A stretch of DNA of 64,000 nucleotides. Source: Eledone cirrhosa. Its lineage: Eukaryota. Shown piece after piece: positions 1 through 12,990 of the stretch. How positions within the stretch are numbered: position 1 is the stretch's first letter; the number at the start of each line of letters is the position of its first letter. The stretch lies in NCBI GenBank assembly GCA_964016885.1, contig OZ024762.1, positions 30,628,001-30,692,000 of the forward strand, in the 5' to 3' direction. The translations under genes and the position numbers were made by a program. Under the pieces are notes generated by a model. That model searched no databases, was not told the DNA's origin, and worked only from the letters and a program-made list of their open reading frames with translations.

Positions 1-3000
1 TTCATTTAAGTTCATGGTACTAGATGTCAGAAGTAACTCCACTGTTGGTGAGAATTCATTTACGTCATGGTATTAGCTGTCAGAAGTAACTCCATTGTTG
101 GTGAGAATTCATTTAAGTCATGGTACTAGCTGTCAGAAGTAACTCCACTGTTGGTGAGAATTCATTTAAGTTCATGGTACTAGCTGTCAGAAGTAACTCC
201 ACTGTTGGTGAGAATTCATTTAAGTTCATGGTACTAGCTGTCAGAAGTAACTCCACTGTTGGTGAGAATTCATTTAAGTTCATGGTACTAGCTGTCAGAA
301 GGAACTCCAATGTTGGTGAGAATTCATTTAAATTCATGGTATTAGCTGTCAGAAGTAACTCCACTGTTGGTGAGAATTCATTTAAGTTTATGGTACTAGC
401 TGTCAGAAGCAACTCCACTGTTGGTGAGAATTCATTTAAGTTCATGGTATTAGCTGTCAGAAGTAACTCCACTGTTGGTGAGAATTCATTTAAGTTCATG
501 GTACTAGCTGTCAGAAGTAACCCCAATATTGGTGAGAATTCATTTAAGTTCATGGTATTAGCTGTCAGAAGTCACTCCAATGTTGGTGAGAATTCATTTA
601 AGTTCATGGTATTAGCTGTCAGGAGTCACTCCACTGTTGGTGAGAATTCATTTAAGTTCATGGTACTAGCTGTCAGAAGTAACCCCAATGTTGGTGAGAA
701 TTCATTTAAGTTCATGGTATTAGCTGTCAGAAGTCACTCCAATGTTGGTGAGAATTCATTTAAGTTCATGGTATTAGCTGTCAGAAGTAACTCCACTGTT
801 GGTGAGAATTCATTTAAGTTCATGGTATTAGCTGTCAGAAGTAACTCCACTGTTGGTGAGAATTCATTTAAGTTCATGGTACTAGCTGTCAGAAGTAACT
901 CCACTGTTGGTGAGAATTCATTTAAGTTCATGGTATTAGCTGTCAGAAGTAACTCCGCTGTTGGTGAGAATTCATTTAAGTCATGGTATTAGCTGTCAGA
1001 AGTAACTCCATTGTTGGTGAGAATTCATTTAAGTCATGGTACTAGCTGTCAGAAGTAACTCCACTGTTGGTGAGAATTCATTTAAGTTCATGGTACTAGC
1101 TGTCAGAAGTAACTCCACTGTTGGTGAGAATTCATTTAAGTTCATGGTACTAGCTGTCAGAAGTAACTCCACTGTTGGTGAGAATTCATTTAAGTTCATG
1201 GTACTAGCTGTCAGAAGTAACTCCAATGTTGGTGAGAATTCATTTAAGTCATGGTACTAGCTGTCAGAAGTAACTCCACTGTTGGTGAGAATTCATTTAA
1301 GTTCATGGTATTAGCTGTCAGAAGGAACTCCTCTGTTGGTGAGAATTCATTTAAGTTCATGGTATTAGCTGTCAGAAGTAACTCCACTGTTGGTGAGAAT
1401 TCATTTAAGTTCATGGTATTAGCTGTCAGAAGTAACTCCACTGCTGGTGAGAATTCATTTAAGTTCATGGTACTAGCTGTCAGAAGTAACTCCACTGTTG
1501 GTGAGAATTCATTTAAGTTCATGGTACTAGCTGTCAGAAGTAACCCCAATGTTGGTGAGAATTCATTTAAGTTCATGGTATTAGCTGTCAGAAGTAACTC
1601 CAATGTTGGTGAGAATTCATTTAAGTTCATGGTATTAGCTGTCAGAAGTAACTCCACTGTTGGTGAGAATTCATTTAAGTTCATGGTATTAGCTGTCAGA
1701 AGTAACTCCACTGTTGGTGAGAATTCATTGAAGTCATGGTATTAGCTGTCAGAAGTAACTCCATTGTTGGTGAGAATTCATTTAAGTCATGGTACTAGCT
1801 GTCAGAAGTAACTCCACTGTTGGTGAGAATTCATTTAAGTTCATGGTACTAGCTGTCAGAAGTAACTCCACTGTTGGTGAGAATTCATTTAAGTTCATGG
1901 TACTAGCTGTCAGAAGTAACTCCACTGTTGGTGAGAATTCATTTAAGTTCATGGTACTAGCTGTCAGAAGTAACTCCAATGTTGGTGAGAATTCATTTAA
2001 GTCATGGTACTAGCTGTCAGAAGTAACTCCACTGTTGGTGAGAATTCATTTAAGTTCATGGTATTAGCTGTCAGAAGTAACTCCACTGTTGGTGAGAATT
2101 CATTTAAGTTCATGGTATTAGCTGTCGGAAGTAACTCCACTGTTGGTGAGAATTCATTTAAGTTCATGGTACTAGCTGTCAGAAGTAACTCCACTGTTGG
2201 TGAGAATTCATTTAAGTTCATGGTACTAGCTGTCAGAAGTAACCCCAATGTTGGTGAGAATTCATTTAAGTTCATGGTATTAGCTGTCAGAAGTCACTCC
2301 ACTGTTGGTGAGAATTCATTTAAGTTCATGCTATTAGCTGTCAGAAGTAACTCCACTGTTGGTGAGAATTCATTTAAGTTCATGGTATTAGCTGTCAGAA
2401 GTAACTCCACTGTTGGTGAGAATTCATTTAAGTTCATGGTATTAGCTGTCAGAAGTAACTCCACTGTTGGTGAGAATTCATTTAAGTTCATGGTACTAGC
2501 TGTCAGAAGTAACTCCACTGTTGGTGAGAATTCATTTAAGTTCATGGTATTAGATGTCAGAAGTAACTCCACTGTTGGTGAGAATTCATTTAAGTCATGC
2601 TATTAGCTGTCAGAAGTAACTCCATTGTTGGTGAGAATTCATTTAAGTCATGGTACTAGCTGTCAGAAGTAACTCCACTGTTGGTGAGAATTCATTTAAG
2701 TTCATGGTATTAGCTGTCAGAAGTCACTCCAATGTTGGTGAGAATTCATTTAAGTTCATGGTATTAGCTGTCAGAAGTCACTCCACTGTTGGTGAGAATT
2801 CATTTAAGTTCATGGTACTAGCTGTCAGAAGTAACCCCAATGTTGGTGAGAATTCATTTAAGTTCATGGTATTAGCTGTCAGAAGTCACTCCAATGTTGG
2901 TGAGAATTCATTTAAGTTCATGGTATTAGCTGTCAGAAGTAACTCCACTGTTGGTGAGAATTCATTTAAGTTCATGGTATTAGCTGTCAGAAGTAACTCC

Positions 3001-6000
3001 ACTGTTGGTGAGAATTCATTTAAGTTCATGGTACTAGCTGTCAGAAGTAACTCCACTGTTGGTCAGAATTCATTTAAGTTCATGGTATTAGCTGTCAGAA
3101 GTAACTCCACTGTTGGTGAGAATTCATTTAAGTCATGGTATTAGCTGTCAGAAGTAACTCCATTGTTGGTGAGAATTCATTTAAGTCATGGTACTAGCTG
3201 TCAGAAGTAACTCCACTGTTGGTGAGAATTCATTTAAGTTCATGGTATTAGCTGTCAGAAGGAACTCCACTGTTGGTGAGAATTCATTTAAGTTCATGGT
3301 ATTAGCTGTCAGAAGTAACTCCACTGTTGGTGAGAATTCATTTAAGTTCATGGTATTAGCTGTCAGAAGTAACTCCACTGTTGGTGAGAATTCATTTAAG
3401 TTCATGGTACTAGCTGTCAGAAGTAACTCCACTGTTGGTGAGAATTCATTTAAGTTCATGGTACTAGCTGTCAGAAGTAACCCCAATGTTGGTGAGAATT
3501 CATTTAAGTTCATGGTATTAGCTGTCAGAAGTAACTCCAATGTTGGTGAGAATTCATTTAAGTTCATGGTATTAGCTGTCAGAAGTAACTCCACTGTTGG
3601 TGAGAATTCATTTAAGTTCATGGTATTAGCTGTCAGAAGTAACTCCACTGTTGGTGAGAATTCATTGAAGTCATGGTATTAGCTGTCAGAAGTAACTCCA
3701 TTGTTGGTGAGAATTCATTTAAGTCATGGTACTAGCTGTCAGAAGTAACTCCACTGTTGGTGAGAATTCATTTAAGTTCATGGTACTAGCTGTCAGAAGT
3801 AACTCCACTGTTGGTGAGAATTCATTTAAGTTCATGGTACTAGATGTCAGAAGTAACTCCACTGTTGGTGAGAATTCATTTACGTCATGGTATTAGCTGT
3901 CAGAAGTAACTCCATTGTTGGTGAGAATTCATTTAAGTCATGGTACTAGCTGTCAGAAGTAACTCCACTGTTGGTGAGAATTCATTTAAGTTCATGGTAC
4001 TAGCTGTCAGAAGTAACTCCACTGTTGGTGAGAATTCATTTAAGTTCATGGTACTAGCTGTCAGAAGTAACTCCACTGTTGGTGAGAATTCATTTAAGTT
4101 CATGGTACTAGCTGTCAGAAGGAACTCCAATGTTGGTGAGAATTCATTTAAATTCATGGTATTAGCTGTCAGAAGTAACTCCACTGTTGGTGAGAATTCA
4201 TTTAAGTTCATGGTACTAGCTGTCAGAAGCAACTCCACTGTTGGTGAGAATTCATTTAAGTTCATGGTATTAGCTGTCAGAAGTAACTCCACTGTTGGTG
4301 AGAATTCATTTAAGTTCATGGTACTAGCTGTCAGAAGTAACCCCAATATTGGTGAGAATTCATTTAAGTTCATGGTATTAGCTGTCAGAAGTCACTCCAA
4401 TGTTGGTGAGAATTCATTTAAGTTCATGGTATTAGCTGTCAGGAGTCACTCCACTGTTGGTGAGAATTCATTTAAGTTCATGGTACTAGCTGTCAGAAGT
4501 AACCCCAATGTTGGTGAGAATTCATTTAAGTTCATGGTATTAGCTGTCAGAAGTCACTCCAATGTTGGTGAGAATTCATTTAAGTTCATGGTATTAGCTG
4601 TCAGAAGTAACTCCACTGTTGGTGAGAATTCATTTAAGTTCATGGTATTAGCTGTCAGAAGTAACTCCACTGTTGGTGAGAATTCATTTAAGTTCATGGT
4701 ACTAGCTGTCAGAAGTAACTCCACTGTTGGTGAGAATTCATTTAAGTTCATGGTATTAGCTGTCAGAAGTAACTCCGCTGTTGGTGAGAATTCATTTAAG
4801 TCATGGTATTAGCTGTCAGAAGTAACTCCATTGTTGGTGAGAATTCATTTAAGTCATGGTACTAGCTGTCAGAAGTAACTCCACTGTTGGTGAGAATTCA
4901 TTTAAGTTCATGGTACTAGCTGTCAGAAGTAACTCCACTGTTGGTGAGAATTCATTTAAGTTCATGGTACTAGCTGTCAGAAGTAACTCCACTGTTGGTG
5001 AGAATTCATTTAAGTTCATGGTACTAGCTGTCAGAAGTAACCCCAATGTTGGTGAGAATTCATTTAAGTTCATGGTATTAGCTGTCAGAAGTCACTCCAA
5101 TGTTGGTGAGAATTCATTTAAGTTCATGGTATTAGCTGTCAGAAGTAACTCCACTGTTGGTGAGAATTCATTTAAGTTCATGGTATTAGCTGTCAGAAGT
5201 AACTCCACTGTTGGTGAGAATTCATTTAAGTTCATGGTACTAGCTGTCAGAAGTAACTCCACTGTTGGTGAGAATTCATTTAAGTTCATGGTATTAGCTG
5301 TCAGAAGTAACTCCGCTGTTGGTGAGAATTCATTTAAGTCATGGTATTAGCTGTCAGAAGTAACTCCATTGTTGGTGAGAATTCATTTAAGTCATGGTAC
5401 TAGCTGTCAGAAGTAACTCCACTGTTGGTGAGAATTCATTTAAGTTCATGGTACTAGCTGTCAGAAGTAACTCCACTGTTGGTGAGAATTCATTTAAGTT
5501 CATGGTACTAGCTGTCAGAAGTAACTCCACTGTTGGTGAGAATTCATTTAAGTTCATGGTACTAGCTGTCAGAAGTAACTCCAATGTTGGTGAGAATTCA
5601 TTTAAGTCATGGTACTAGCTGTCAGAAGTAACTCCACTGTTGGTGAGAATTCATTTAAGTTCATGGTATTAGCTGTCAGAAGGAACTCCACTGTTGGTGA
5701 GAATTCATTTAAGTTCATGGTATTAGCTGTCAGAAGTAACTCCACTGTTGGTGAGAATTCATTTAAGTTCATGGTATTAGCTGTCAGAAGTAACTCCACT
5801 GTTGGTGAGAATTCATTTAAGTTCATGGAACTAGCTGTCAGAAGTAACTCCACTGTTGGTGAGAATTCATTTAAGTTCATGGTACTAGCTGTCAGAAGTA
5901 ACCCCAATGTTGGTGAGAATTCATTTAAGTTCATGGTATTAGCTGTCAGAAGTAACTCCATTGTTGGTGAGAATTCATTTAAGTCATGGTACTAGCTGTC

Positions 6001-6850
6001 AGAAGTAACTCCACTGTTGGTGAGAATTCATTTAAGTTCATGGTACTAGCTGTCAGAAGTAACTCCACTGTTGGTGAGAATTCATTTAAGTTCATGGTAC
6101 TAGCTGTCAGAAGTAACTCCACTGTTGGTGAGAATTCATTTAAGTTCATGGTACTAGCTGTCAGAAGTAACTCCAATGTTGGTGAGAATTCATTTAAGTC
6201 ATGGTACTAGCTGTCAGAAGTAACTCCACTGTTGGTGAGAATTCATTTAAGTTCATGGTATTAGCTGTCAGAAGTAACTCCACTGTTGGTGAGAATTCAT
6301 TTAAGTTCATGGTATTAGCTGTCAGAAGTAACTCCACTGTTGGTGAGAATTCATTTAAGTTCATGGTACTAGCTGTCAGAAGTAACTCCACTGTTGGTGA
6401 GAATTCATTTAAGTTCATGGTACTAGCTGTCAGAAGTAACCCCAATGTTGGTGAGAATTCATTTAAGTTCATGGTATTAGCTGTCAGAAGTCACTCCACT
6501 GTTGGTGAGAATTCATTTAAGTTCATGGTATTAGCTGTCAGAAGTAACTCCACTGTTGGTGAGAATTCATTTAAGTTCATGGTATTAGCTGTCAGAAGTA
6601 ACTCCACTGTTGGTGAGAATTCATTTAAGTTCATGGTATTAGCTGTCAGAAGTAACTCCACTGTTGGTGAGAATTCATTTAAGTTCATGGTACTAGCTGT
6701 CAGAAGTAACTCCACTGTTGGTGAGAATTCATTTAAGTTCATGGTATTAGATGTCAGAAGTAACTCCACTGTTGGTGAGAATTCATTTAAGTCATGCTAT
6801 TAGCTGTCAGAAGTAACTCCATTGTTGGTGAGAATTCATTTAAGTCATGG
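1..6850. repeat. Higher-order duplication: about 1-2650 recurs at about 3821-6850 (offset 3820, then 4358 after a 538-bp internal duplication, then 4197 after loss of 3 monomers)
   Basis: Rare markers TAGATGTC, TACGTCAT, CCAATATT, AGGAGTCAC and CCGCTG recur at +3820. ORF 120..992 = 3940..4812; ORF 2004..2606 ~ 6201..6803; CCGCTG is repeated again at +538. Confidence 0.85.
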
Positions 6851-9800
6851 TACTAGCTGTCAGAAGTAACTCCACTGTTGGTGAGAATTCATTTAAGTTC
6901 ATGGTACTAGCTGTCAGAAGTAACTCCACTGTTGGTGAGAATTCATTTAAGTTCATGGTACTATCTGTCAGAAGGAACTCCAATGTTGGTGAGAATTCAT
7001 TTAAATTCATGGTATTAGCTGTCAGAAGTAACTCCACTGTTGGTGAGAATTCATTTAAGTTCATGGTACTAGCTCTCAGAAGCAACTCCACTGTTGGTGA
7101 GAATTCATTTAAGTTCATGGTATTAGCTGTCAGAAGTAACTCCACTGTTGGTGAGAATTCATTTAAGTTCATGGTACTAGCTGTCAGAAGTAACCCCAAT
7201 GTTGGTGAGAATTCATTTAAGTTCATGGTATTAGCTGTCAGAAGTCACTCCAATGTTGGTGAGAATTCATTTAAGTTCATGGTATTAGCTGTCAGAAGTA
7301 ACTCCACTGTTGGTGAGAATTCATTTAAGTTCATGGTATTAGCTGTCAGAAGTAACTCCACTGTTGGGGAGAATTCATTTAAGTTGATGGTATTAGCTGT
7401 CAGAAGGAACTCCACTGTTGGTGAGAATTCATTTAAGTTCATGGTACTAGCTGTCAGAAGTAACTCCACTGTTGGTGAGAATTCATTTAAGTTCATGGTA
7501 TTAGTTTGTCAGAAGTAACTCCACTGTTGGTGAGAATTCATTTAAGTCATGGTATTAGTTGTCAGAAGTAACTCCAATGTTGGTGAGAATTCATTTAAGT
7601 CATAGAACTAGCTGTCAGAAGTAACTCCAATGTTGGTGAGAATTCATTTAAGTTCATGGTATTAGCTGTCAGAAGGAACTCCACTGTTGGTGAGAATTCA
7701 TTTAAGTTCATGGTATTAGCTGTCAGAAGTAACTCCACTGTTGGTGAGAATTCATTTAAGTTCATGGTACTAGCTGTCAGAAGTAACTCCAATGTTGGTG
7801 AGAATTCATTTAAGTTCATGGTATTAGCTGTCAGAAGTAACTCCACTGTTGGTGAGAATTCATTTAAGTCATGGTATTAGCTGTCAGAAGTAACTCCAAT
7901 GTTGGTGAGAATTCATTTAAGTTCATGGTATTAGCTGTCAGAAGTAACTCCACTGTTGGTGAGAATTCATTTAAGTTCATGGTATTAGCTGTCAGAAGTA
8001 ACTCCACTGTTGGTGAGAATTCATTTAAGTTCATGGTACTAGCTGTCAGAAGTAACTCCAATGTTGGTGAGAATTCATTTAAGTTCATGGTATTAGCTGT
8101 CAGAAGTAACTCCACTGTTGGTGAGAATTCATTTAAGTTCATGGTATTAGCTGTCAGAAGTAACTCCACTGTTGGTGAGAATTCATTTAAGTTCATGGTA
8201 TTAGCTGTCAGAAGTAACTCCACTGTTGGTGAGAATTCATTTAAGTTCATGGTACTAGCTGTCAGAAGTAACTCCACTGTTGGTGAGAATTCATTTAAGT
8301 TCATGGTATTAGCTGTCAGAACGAACTCCACTGTTGGTGAGAATTCATTTAAGTTCATGGTATTAGCTGTCAGAAGTAACTCCACTGTTGGTGAGAATTC
8401 ATTTAAGTTCATGGTACTAGCTGTCAGAAGTAACTCCAATGTTGGTGAGAATTCATTTAAGTTCATGGTATTAGCTGTCAGAAGTAACTCCACTGTTGGT
8501 GAGAATTCATTTAAGTTCATGGTATTAGCTGTCAGAAGTAACTCCACTGTTGGTGAGAATTCATTTAAGTTCATGGTATTATCTGTCAGAAGTAACTCCA
8601 CTGTTGGTGAGAATTCATTTAAGTTCATGGTATTAGCTGTCAGAAGTAACTCCACTGTTGGTGAGAATTCATTTAAGTTCATGGTACTAGCTGTCAGAAG
8701 TAACTCCACTGTTGGTGAGAATTCATTTAAGTTCATGGTATTAGCTGTCAGAAGTCACTCCACTGTTGGTGAGAATTCATTTAAGTTCATGGTATTAGCT
8801 GTCAGAAGTAACTCCATGGTTGGTGAGAATTCATTTAAGTCATGGTACTAGCTGTCAGAAGTAACTCCACTGTTGGTGAGAATTCATTTAAGTTCATGGT
8901 ACTAGCTGTCAGAAGTAACTCCACTGTTGGTGAGAATTCATTTAAGTTCATGGTACTAGCTGTCAGAAGTAACTCCACTGTTGGTGAGAATTCATTTAAG
9001 TTCATGGTACTAGCTGTCAGAAGTAACTCCACTGTTGGTGAGAATTCATTTAAGTTCATGGTACTAGCTGTCAGAAGTAACTCCAATGTTGGTGAGAATT
9101 CATTTAAGTCATGGTACTAGCTGTCAGAAGTAACGCCACTGTTGGTGAGAATTCATTTAAGTTCATGGTATTAGCTGTCAGAAGGAACTCCACTGTTGGT
9201 GAGAATTCATTTAAGTTCATGGTATTAGTTTGTCAGACGTAACTCCACTGTTGGTGAGAATTCATTTAAGTCATGGTATTAGTTGTCAGAAGTAACTCCA
9301 ATGTTGGTGAGAATTCATTTAAGTCATGGTACTAGCTGTCAGAAGTAACTCCAATGTTGGTGAGAATTCATTTAAGTTCATGGTATTAGCTGTCAGAAGG
9401 AACTCCACTGTTGGTGAGAATTCATTTAAGTTCATGGTACTAGCTGTCAGAAGTAACCCCAATGTTGGTGAGAATTCATTTAAGTTCATGGTATTAGCTG
9501 TCAGAAGTAACTCCATTGTTGGTGAGAATTCATTTAAGTCATGGTACTAGCTGTCAGAAGTAACTCCACTGTTGGTGAGAATTCATTTAAGTTCATGGTA
9601 CTAGCTGTCAGAAGTAACTCCACTGTTGGTGAGAATTCATTTAAGTTCATGGTACTAGCTGTCAGAAGTAACTCCACTGTTGGTGAGAATTCATTTAAGT
9701 TCATGGTACTAGCTGTCAGAAGTAACTCCAATGTTGGTGAGAATTCATTTAAGTCATGGTACTAGCTGTCAGAAGTAACTCCACTGTTGGTGAGAATTCA

Positions 9801-12800
9801 TTTAAGTTCATGGTATTAGCTGTCAGAAGTAACTCCACTGTTGGTGAGAATTCATTTAAGTTCATGGTATTAGCTGTCAGAAGTAACTCCACTGTTGGTG
9901 AGAATTCATTTAAGTTCATGGTACTAGCTGTCAGAAGTAACTCCACTGTTGGTGAGAATTCATTTAAGTTCATGGTACTAGCTGTCAGAAGTAACCCCAA
10001 TGTTGGTGAGAATTCATTTAAGTTCATGGTATTAGCTGTCAGAAGTCACTCCACTGTTGGTGAGAATTCATTTAAGTTCATGGTATTAGCTGTCAGAAGT
10101 AACTCCACTGTTGGTGAGAATTCATTTAAGTTCATGGTATTAGCTGTCAGAAGTAACTCCACTGTTGGTGAGAATTCATTTAAGTTCATGGTATTAGCTG
10201 TCAGAAGTAACTCCACTGTTGGTGAGAATTCATTTAAGTTCATGGTACTAGCTGTCAGAAGTAACTCCACTGTTGGTGAGAATTCATTTAAGTTCATGGT
10301 ATTAGATGTCAGAAGTAACTCCACTGTTGGTGAGAATTCATTTAAGTCATGCTATTAGCTGTCAGAAGTAACTCCATTGTTGGTGAGAATTCATTTAAGT
10401 CATGGTACTAGCTGTCAGAAGTAACTCCACTGTTGGTGAGAATTCATTTAAGTTCATGGTACTAGCTGTCAGAAGTAACTCCACTGTTGGTGAGAATTCA
10501 TTTAAGTTCATGGTACTATCTGTCAGAAGGAACTCCAATGTTGGTGAGAATTCATTTAAATTCATGGTATTAGCTGTCAGAAGTAACTCCACTGTTGGTG
10601 AGAATTCATTTAAGTTCATGGTACTAGCTGTCAGAAGCAACTCCACTGTTGGTGAGAATTCATTTAAGTTCATGGTATTAGCTGTCAGAAGTAACTCCAC
10701 TGTTGGTGAGAATTCATTTAAGTTCATGGTACTAGCTGTCAGAAGTAACCCCAATGTTGGTGAGAATTCATTTAAGTTCATGGTATTAGCTGTCAGAAGT
10801 CACTCCAATGTTGGTGAGAATTCATTTAAGTTCATGGTATTAGCTGTCAGAAGTAACTCCACTGTTGGTGAGAATTCATTTAAGTTCATGGTATTAGCTG
10901 TCAGAAGTAACTCCACTGTTGGGGAGAATTCATTTAAGTTGATGGTATTAGCTGTCAGAAGGAACTCCACTGTTGGTGAGAATTCATTTAAGTTCATGGT
11001 ACTAGCTGTCAGAAGTAACTCCACTGTTGGTGAGAATTCATTTAAGTTCATGGTATTAGTTTGTCAGAAGTAACTCCACTGTTGGTGAGAATTCATTTAA
11101 GTCATGGTATTAGTTGTCAGAAGTAACTCCAATGTTGGTGAGAATTCATTTAAGTCATAGAACTAGCTGTCAGAAGTAACTCCAATGTTGGTGAGAATTC
11201 ATTTAAGTTCATGGTATTAGCTGTCAGAAGGAACTCCACTGTTGGTGAGAATTCATTTAAGTTCATGGTATTAGCTGTCAGAAGTAACTCCACTGTTGGT
11301 GAGAATTCATTTAAGTTCATGGTACTAGCTGTCAGAAGTAACTCCAATGTTGGTGAGAATTCATTTAAGTTCATGGTATTAGCTGTCAGAAGTAACTCCA
11401 CTGTTGGTGAGAATTCATTTAAGTCATGGTATTAGCTGTCAGAAGTAACTCCAATGTTGGTGAGAATTCATTTAAGTTCATGGTATTAGCTGTCAGAAGT
11501 AACTCCACTGTTGGTGAGAATTCATTTAAGTTCATGGTATTAGCTGTCAGAAGTAACTCCACTGTTGGTGAGAATTCATTTAAGTTCATGGTACTAGCTG
11601 TCAGAAGTAACTCCAATGTTGGTGAGAATTCATTTAAGTTCATGGTATTAGCTGTCAGAAGTAACTCCACTGTTGGTGAGAATTCATTTAAGTTCATGGT
11701 ATTAGCTGTCAGAAGTAACTCCACTGTTGGTGAGAATTCATTTAAGTTCATGGTATTAGCTGTCAGAAGTAACTCCACTGTTGGTGAGAATTCATTTAAG
11801 TTCATGGTACTAGCTGTCAGAAGTAACTCCACTGTTGGTGAGAATTCATTTAAGTTCATGGTATTAGCTGTCAGAACGAACTCCACTGTTGGTGAGAATT
11901 CATTTAAGTTCATGGTATTAGCTGTCAGAAGTAACTCCACTGTTGGTGAGAATTCATTTAAGTTCATGGTACTAGCTGTCAGAAGTAACTCCAATGTTGG
12001 TGAGAATTCATTTAAGTTCATGGTATTAGCTGTCAGAAGTAACTCCACTGTTGGTGAGAATTCATTTAAGTTCATGGTATTAGCTGTCAGAAGTAACTCC
12101 ACTGTTGGTGAGAATTCATTTAAGTTCATGGTATTATCTGTCAGAAGTAACTCCACTGTTGGTGAGAATTCATTTAAGTTCATGGTATTAGCTGTCAGAA
12201 GTAACTCCACTGTTGGTGAGAATTCATTTAAGTTCATGGTACTAGCTGTCAGAAGTAACTCCACTGTTGGTGAGAATTCATTTAAGTTCATGGTATTAGC
12301 TGTCAGAAGTCACTCCACTGTTGGTGAGAATTCATTTAAGTTCATGGTATTAGCTGTCAGAAGTAACTCCATGGTTGGTGAGAATTCATTTAAGTCATGG
12401 TACTAGCTGTCAGAAGTAACTCCACTGTTGGTGAGAATTCATTTAAGTTCATGGTACTAGCTGTCAGAAGTAACTCCACTGTTGGTGAGAATTCATTTAA
12501 GTTCATGGTACTAGCTGTCAGAAGTAACTCCACTGTTGGTGAGAATTCATTTAAGTTCATGGTACTAGCTGTCAGAAGTAACTCCACTGTTGGTGAGAAT
12601 TCATTTAAGTTCATGGTACTAGCTGTCAGAAGTAACTCCAATGTTGGTGAGAATTCATTTAAGTCATGGTACTAGCTGTCAGAAGTAACGCCACTGTTGG
12701 TGAGAATTCATTTAAGTTCATGGTATTAGCTGTCAGAAGGAACTCCACTGTTGGTGAGAATTCATTTAAGTTCATGGTATTAGTTTGTCAGACGTAACTC

Positions 12801-12990
12801 CACTGTTGGTGAGAATTCATTTAAGTCATGGTATTCGTTGTCAGAAGTAACTCCAATGTTGGTGAGAATTCATTTAAGTCATGGTACTAGCTGTCAGAAG
12901 TAACTCCAATGTTGGTGAGAATTCATTTAAGTTCATGGTATTAGCTGTCAGAAGGAACTCCACTGTTGGTGAGAATTCATTTAAGTTCAT
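5870..12990. repeat. Tandem higher-order duplication, period 3555 bp (66 monomers)
   Basis: ORF starts 5986/9541, 6201/9756, 6847/10402, 7871/11426 and 8842/12397 all differ by 3555. Shared rare markers CATAGAAC, ACGAAC, TATCTG, CCATGG and AGACGT. 11 deletions and 2 insertions give 66x54-9. Confidence 0.92.

Noticed and set aside
150-173. CENP-B box or heat-shock element within the monomer
   Set aside because: The CENP-B box core needs CpG dinucleotides, which the consensus lacks, and GAATTC lacks the nGAAnnTTCn spacing of a heat-shock element.
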